A DNA stretch of 64,000 nt, taken from contig CAVYZZ010000006.1 of the NCBI GenBank assembly GCA_963773115.1, forward strand, positions 66,508-130,507, read 5' to 3'. This DNA is from an uncultured Alphaproteobacteria bacterium (GTDB lineage Bacteria; Pseudomonadota; Alphaproteobacteria; Rhizobiales; Xanthobacteraceae). Positions 60,942 through 64,000 of this stretch are shown one piece after another. The notes under the pieces are model-generated. The model saw only the letters and a program-made list of their open reading frames with translations, searched no databases and was not told the DNA's origin. Numbering within the stretch: position 1 is the first letter of the stretch; each line of letters opens with the position of its first letter. A program made the position numbers and the translations under genes.

Positions 60942-61124
60942 AGCCGGCGCCGGGCTGCGATTGCGGATGTCAGATTCGCATAAGACATATTATGGAATAA
61001 TTCGACTGAGACCATGCACCGGCGCGGACTTAAGCTGGTTCGGTAGAAGATTGAAATCGGGCAGATTGACAAAGCGTTTCCCCTGCAATATCAGCGCACT
61101 CTGAACGAGAGCGCGAAAATAACT

Positions 61125-61925
61125 TTAAGGCACCTCAAATTGCATACGGTCGTAAGCCGGCTCCACATTCGACGGCAGTGAAGCCCTCAGGGCCTCGTAA
61201 TCCATATCACTATGCAGGTTGGTCAGGATCGCCCGTTTGGGCTTGATCCGCTCGATCCAGGACAGCGCTTCCTCCAAATTGAAGTGGCTGGGATGTGGCG
61301 TCTTGCGCAGCGCATCGACGATCCAGACGTCAAGCCCGGCCATCTGGGCGATGCTGGCGGGCGGCAGGCCCTTGATGTCGGCCGAGTAGGCCACGTTACC
61401 GATACGGAAGCCGAGCGAGGGGATATCGCCGTGCTCCTGCAGCACCGGCAGCGCCTCGATCGGGCCGCCCTGCCCCTCGATGGCGACGGGCTTTCCCGGG
61501 GTCAGCCTGTGCTCGGCCGCGATAGGCGGGTATTCGCTGCCCGACGGCGTCATGAAGCAATAGCCGAAGCGGGCATGCATCGCCCGTGAGGTCGGTTCGT
61601 CCATGTAGACCGGCACGCGCTGCCGCTTGCGCACGAACAGCGGCCGCAAATCGTCGATGCCGTGGGTGTGGTCGGCATGCTCATGGGTGATCAGTACGCC
61701 GTCGATCCAGTCTACCTCGGCGTCCAGGAGCTGCGCGCGCAGATCCGGCGAGCAGTCCACAAGCGCGCGCGTCACATGACCTTGCGCATTCGCGCGCTCA
61801 ACCAAAAGAGAGCAGCGTCGCCGCCGGTTCTTCGGATTGTTGGGATCGCATTGGCCCCAGCCCAGCGCCACGCGAGGCACGCCCATGGACGAGCCGCAGC
61901 CGAGGATGGTGAAGGTCAGGCTCAT
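61125..61925 (-). CDS. MBL-fold metallo-hydrolase (PhnP-like)
   Basis: 266-aa ORF. MSLTFTILGCGSSMGVP, ITHEHADHTHG. 4-nt overlap with tatD. Confidence 0.88.
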   Translation of the reverse strand: MSLTFTILGCGSSMGVPRVALGWGQCDPNNPKNRRRRCSLLVERANAQGHVTRALVDCSPDLRAQLLDAEVDWIDGVLITHEHADHTHGIDDLRPLFVRKRQRVPVYMDEPTSRAMHARFGYCFMTPSGSEYPPIAAEHRLTPGKPVAIEGQGGPIEALPVLQEHGDIPSLGFRIGNVAYSADIKGLPPASIAQMAGLDVWIVDALRKTPHPSHFNLEEALSWIERIKPKRAILTNLHSDMDYEALRASLPSNVEPAYDRMQFEVP

Positions 61926-62716
61926 GCCGCGTTGGCCAAGCTGCGCGGCACTTTGCTGAACAGCCGGAAGAAGTTTTCCGTGGTTTGCGCAGCGATTTCG
62001 TCCGGCGACACACCGCGTGTGTCGGCCAGAACTTTCGCGGTCTCCACTACATAGGCCGGCTCGTTGCGCTTTCCCCGGTACGGTAGCGGCGCGAGATAGG
62101 GCGCGTCTGTTTCTACCAGGATGCGGTCCGCCGGCAGATCCTTGGCGATGGCGCGCAAGTCGTCCGAGCGTTTAAAAGTGAGGATGCCGGTGAACGAGAT
62201 ATGCAGCCCTAAGTCCATGGCTTTGAACGCCAAATCGCGTCCGCCGGTGAAGCAATGCAGCACGGCCGGGAAGGCGCCCTTCCCGGTTTCTTCCGCAAGA
62301 ATCCGCGCCATGTCGGCGTCGCAATCGCGCGAATGGATCACCAGCGGCAGCCTTGTTTCACGTGCAGCAACGATGTGCTGACGGAAGCTCTGTTCCTGCG
62401 CATCGCGCGGGCTGTTGTCGTAGTGATAGTCGAGCCCGGCTTCGCCGATGGCGACGATTTTCGGGTGCTGGCTCAATGCGATGAGCGTTTTGGAATCGAC
62501 GTCCAACTCTTCCGCCGCGTTGTGCGGATGGGTGCCGAGCGAGCAGAACATGTCCTGGAAATTCTCCGCAATCGCAAGCACCTGGGCGTGTTTCTTCACC
62601 CTGGTCGAGATGGTGACCATGCGGCCAATGCCGGCCGCACGTGCGCGCGCAACAACTGCGTCGAGCTCGCTGGCGAAGTCGGGAAAATCCAGGTGGCAAT
62701 GGCTATCGATCAGCAT
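61922..62716 (-). CDS. tatD: TatD-family metal-dependent hydrolase
   Basis: ATG 62716 gives MLIDSHCHLDF; the track ORF starts 2 codons earlier at a TTG. ...LPLVIHSRD...VLHCF... Confidence 0.92.
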   Translation of the reverse strand: MLIDSHCHLDFPDFASELDAVVARARAAGIGRMVTISTRVKKHAQVLAIAENFQDMFCSLGTHPHNAAEELDVDSKTLIALSQHPKIVAIGEAGLDYHYDNSPRDAQEQSFRQHIVAARETRLPLVIHSRDCDADMARILAEETGKGAFPAVLHCFTGGRDLAFKAMDLGLHISFTGILTFKRSDDLRAIAKDLPADRILVETDAPYLAPLPYRGKRNEPAYVVETAKVLADTRGVSPDEIAAQTTENFFRLFSKVPRSLANAA

Positions 62717-62718
62717 TT

Positions 62719-64000
62719 TCAAGCGGTTGCCTCGGCTTCCACGTAGCGCGGGAAAACCGGTTTTGGCGGCGGCAATGTGACGCCCGCCTTGATGCGGCGG
62801 TCCGCGTTAAGCTCGGAGAAGGACCGTTGCTCGGCCGGGATCGCCAGTTGATCGAGCATGTTCGCCATAGACGTCGGCATGTACGGCTGGGCGAGGATGG
62901 CGACCTGCCGCAGCACCTCGGCGGTCACGTACAGAATGGTCCCCTGCCGCTGCGGATCGGTCTTGGCCTGCGCCCACGGCGCTTCGCTCGCGAAATACCG
63001 GTTGGCGTCGGCCACCACCGCCCACACGGTGGCAAGCACTTGGTGCAGCGCTTGCGTTTTCATGAAATCGCGCGCCTTGCCGACCATGGCATCGGCCGCC
63101 GCCAGGATGGTCTTGTCGGCGTCAGTGAAGGCACCCGGCGCCGGCAGCTTGCCGCCAAAGGCCTTGCCGACCATCGACAGCGAGCGCTGCGCCAGATTGC
63201 CAAGGTCGTTGGCGAGATCGGCATTGATGCGGTTAACGATGGCCTCGTGGCTGTAGTTGCCGTCTTGCCCGAACGGCACCTCGCGCAGGAAGAAATAGCG
63301 CAGCTGATCGACGCCATAGGCGTCGGCGAGCGCAAACGGGTCGATCACGTTGCCAACCGACTTCGACATCTTCTCCCCGCGGTTGAACAGGAAGCCGTGT
63401 GAATAAATGCGCTGCGGCACCGCCACGCCGGCCGACATCAGGAAGGCCGGCCAATAGACCGCGTGAAAGCGCACAATGTCCTTGCCGATGACGTGCAGCG
63501 CCGCCGGCCAGTAGCGCTTGAACTTCTCGCTGCCGGTATCGGGAAAGCCGACGCCGGTGATGTAATTGGTGAGCGCGTCCACCCACACATACATGATGTG
63601 GCCGTCCGAGCCCGGCACGCGGACGCCCCAGTCGAAGGTGGTGCGCGAGATCGACAGGTCCTGCAAACCGCCGCGCACGAAGCTGGCGACTTCGTTGAGG
63701 CGCTCCTTCGGCAGCACGTAGTTCGGCCGCGCGAACAGTTCGAGCAGCTTGTCCTGATAGGCCGACAGCCGGAAGAAATAGCTCGCCTCCTCTACCCATT
63801 CGACCGGCGTGCCGGTCTTGGACGAGACGCGCACCTTCTGCTCGTTGAGCTGCGTTTCGTCCTCGGCGTAATAGGCCTCGTCGCGTACCGAATACCAGCC
63901 GGCATATTTGTCGAGATAGATGTCGCCGTTCTGCTCCATGCGCTGCCAGATGGCTTCGGACGAACGGTGGTGGCGCTCTTCGGTGGTGTGGATGAAGTCG
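62719..64000 (-). CDS. metG: methionyl-tRNA synthetase; N-terminal part lies beyond the window edge
   Basis: Track ORF 62719..63939 starts at an internal Met. The frame remains open to 64000 (own translation ...[26 protein letters not shown]...). KMSKS motif in [14 protein letters not shown]. Confidence 0.93.
   Translation of the reverse strand, partial: DFIHTTEERHHRSSEAIWQRMEQNGDIYLDKYAGWYSVRDEAYYAEDETQLNEQKVRVSSKTGTPVEWVEEASYFFRLSAYQDKLLELFARPNYVLPKERLNEVASFVRGGLQDLSISRTTFDWGVRVPGSDGHIMYVWVDALTNYITGVGFPDTGSEKFKRYWPAALHVIGKDIVRFHAVYWPAFLMSAGVAVPQRIYSHGFLFNRGEKMSKSVGNVIDPFALADAYGVDQLRYFFLREVPFGQDGNYSHEAIVNRINADLANDLGNLAQRSLSMVGKAFGGKLPAPGAFTDADKTILAAADAMVGKARDFMKTQALHQVLATVWAVVADANRYFASEAPWAQAKTDPQRQGTILYVTAEVLRQVAILAQPYMPTSMANMLDQLAIPAEQRSFSELNADRRIKAGVTLPPPKPVFPRYVEAEATA

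Noticed and set aside
60942-61124. AT-rich 183-nt spacer upstream of mazG as a possible sRNA locus
   Set aside because: I could identify no terminator-like hairpin, conserved structure or promoter motif. It most simply contains the mazG promoter.

Overview
High-GC alphaproteobacterial chromosome segment. Gene order and repeat content look Hyphomicrobiales, Bradyrhizobiaceae/Nitrobacteraceae-like; that placement is inference from memory, with no search run. Most of the window is conserved housekeeping sequence: gltX/glnS, comEC, lexA, moeA-moaC-trpC-trpD-trpG-(P-loop kinase)-trpE-ppiD, tpiA, secG, pyrG, kdsA, an MFS transporter, queF, eno, ftsB, pdhA-pdhB-pdhC, lpdA, cysK, lipA, ratA-like, cinA/pncC-like, ispDF, dusB-ntrB-ntrC-ntrY-ntrX, a class IV aminotransferase, hfq-hflX, mazG, an MBL hydrolase and tatD-metG. 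Both window-edge genes (gltX, metG) are truncated and therefore missing or incomplete in the ORF track. I found no rRNA, tRNA or CRISPR array. The non-core material is as follows. (1) A visibly lower-GC accessory segment (about 3.16-10.95 kb) lies between glnS and comEC. It carries a LysR/MBL pair, small secreted proteins, a PEP-CTERM (VPLPA-type) protein, decayed gene fragments and an IS110-family element. A family of about 18 stem-loops sharing the stem GTCCGC/GCGGAC punctuates every gene boundary in it, and three times these occur in a fixed three-hairpin module. (2) Three copies of a 49-bp palindromic element sit in short gaps, two between operon genes and one after kdsA. (3) A 120-nt multi-hairpin repeat is inserted in frame in the pdhC (E2) linker. 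(4) An 808-aa secreted caspase-fold/Sel1/TPR/Cys-rich protein has both catalytic dyad positions substituted. (5) There are a frameshifted VOC gene, a truncated Rieske gene, a 50-codon Lys/Arg-rich extension on moaC and two P-loop kinase paralogs wedged into core operons. Many long ORFs in the track are antisense or off-frame shadows typical of high-GC DNA and are rejected. All coordinates and motifs were read by eye from the sequence. No database search, folding or statistics was possible.
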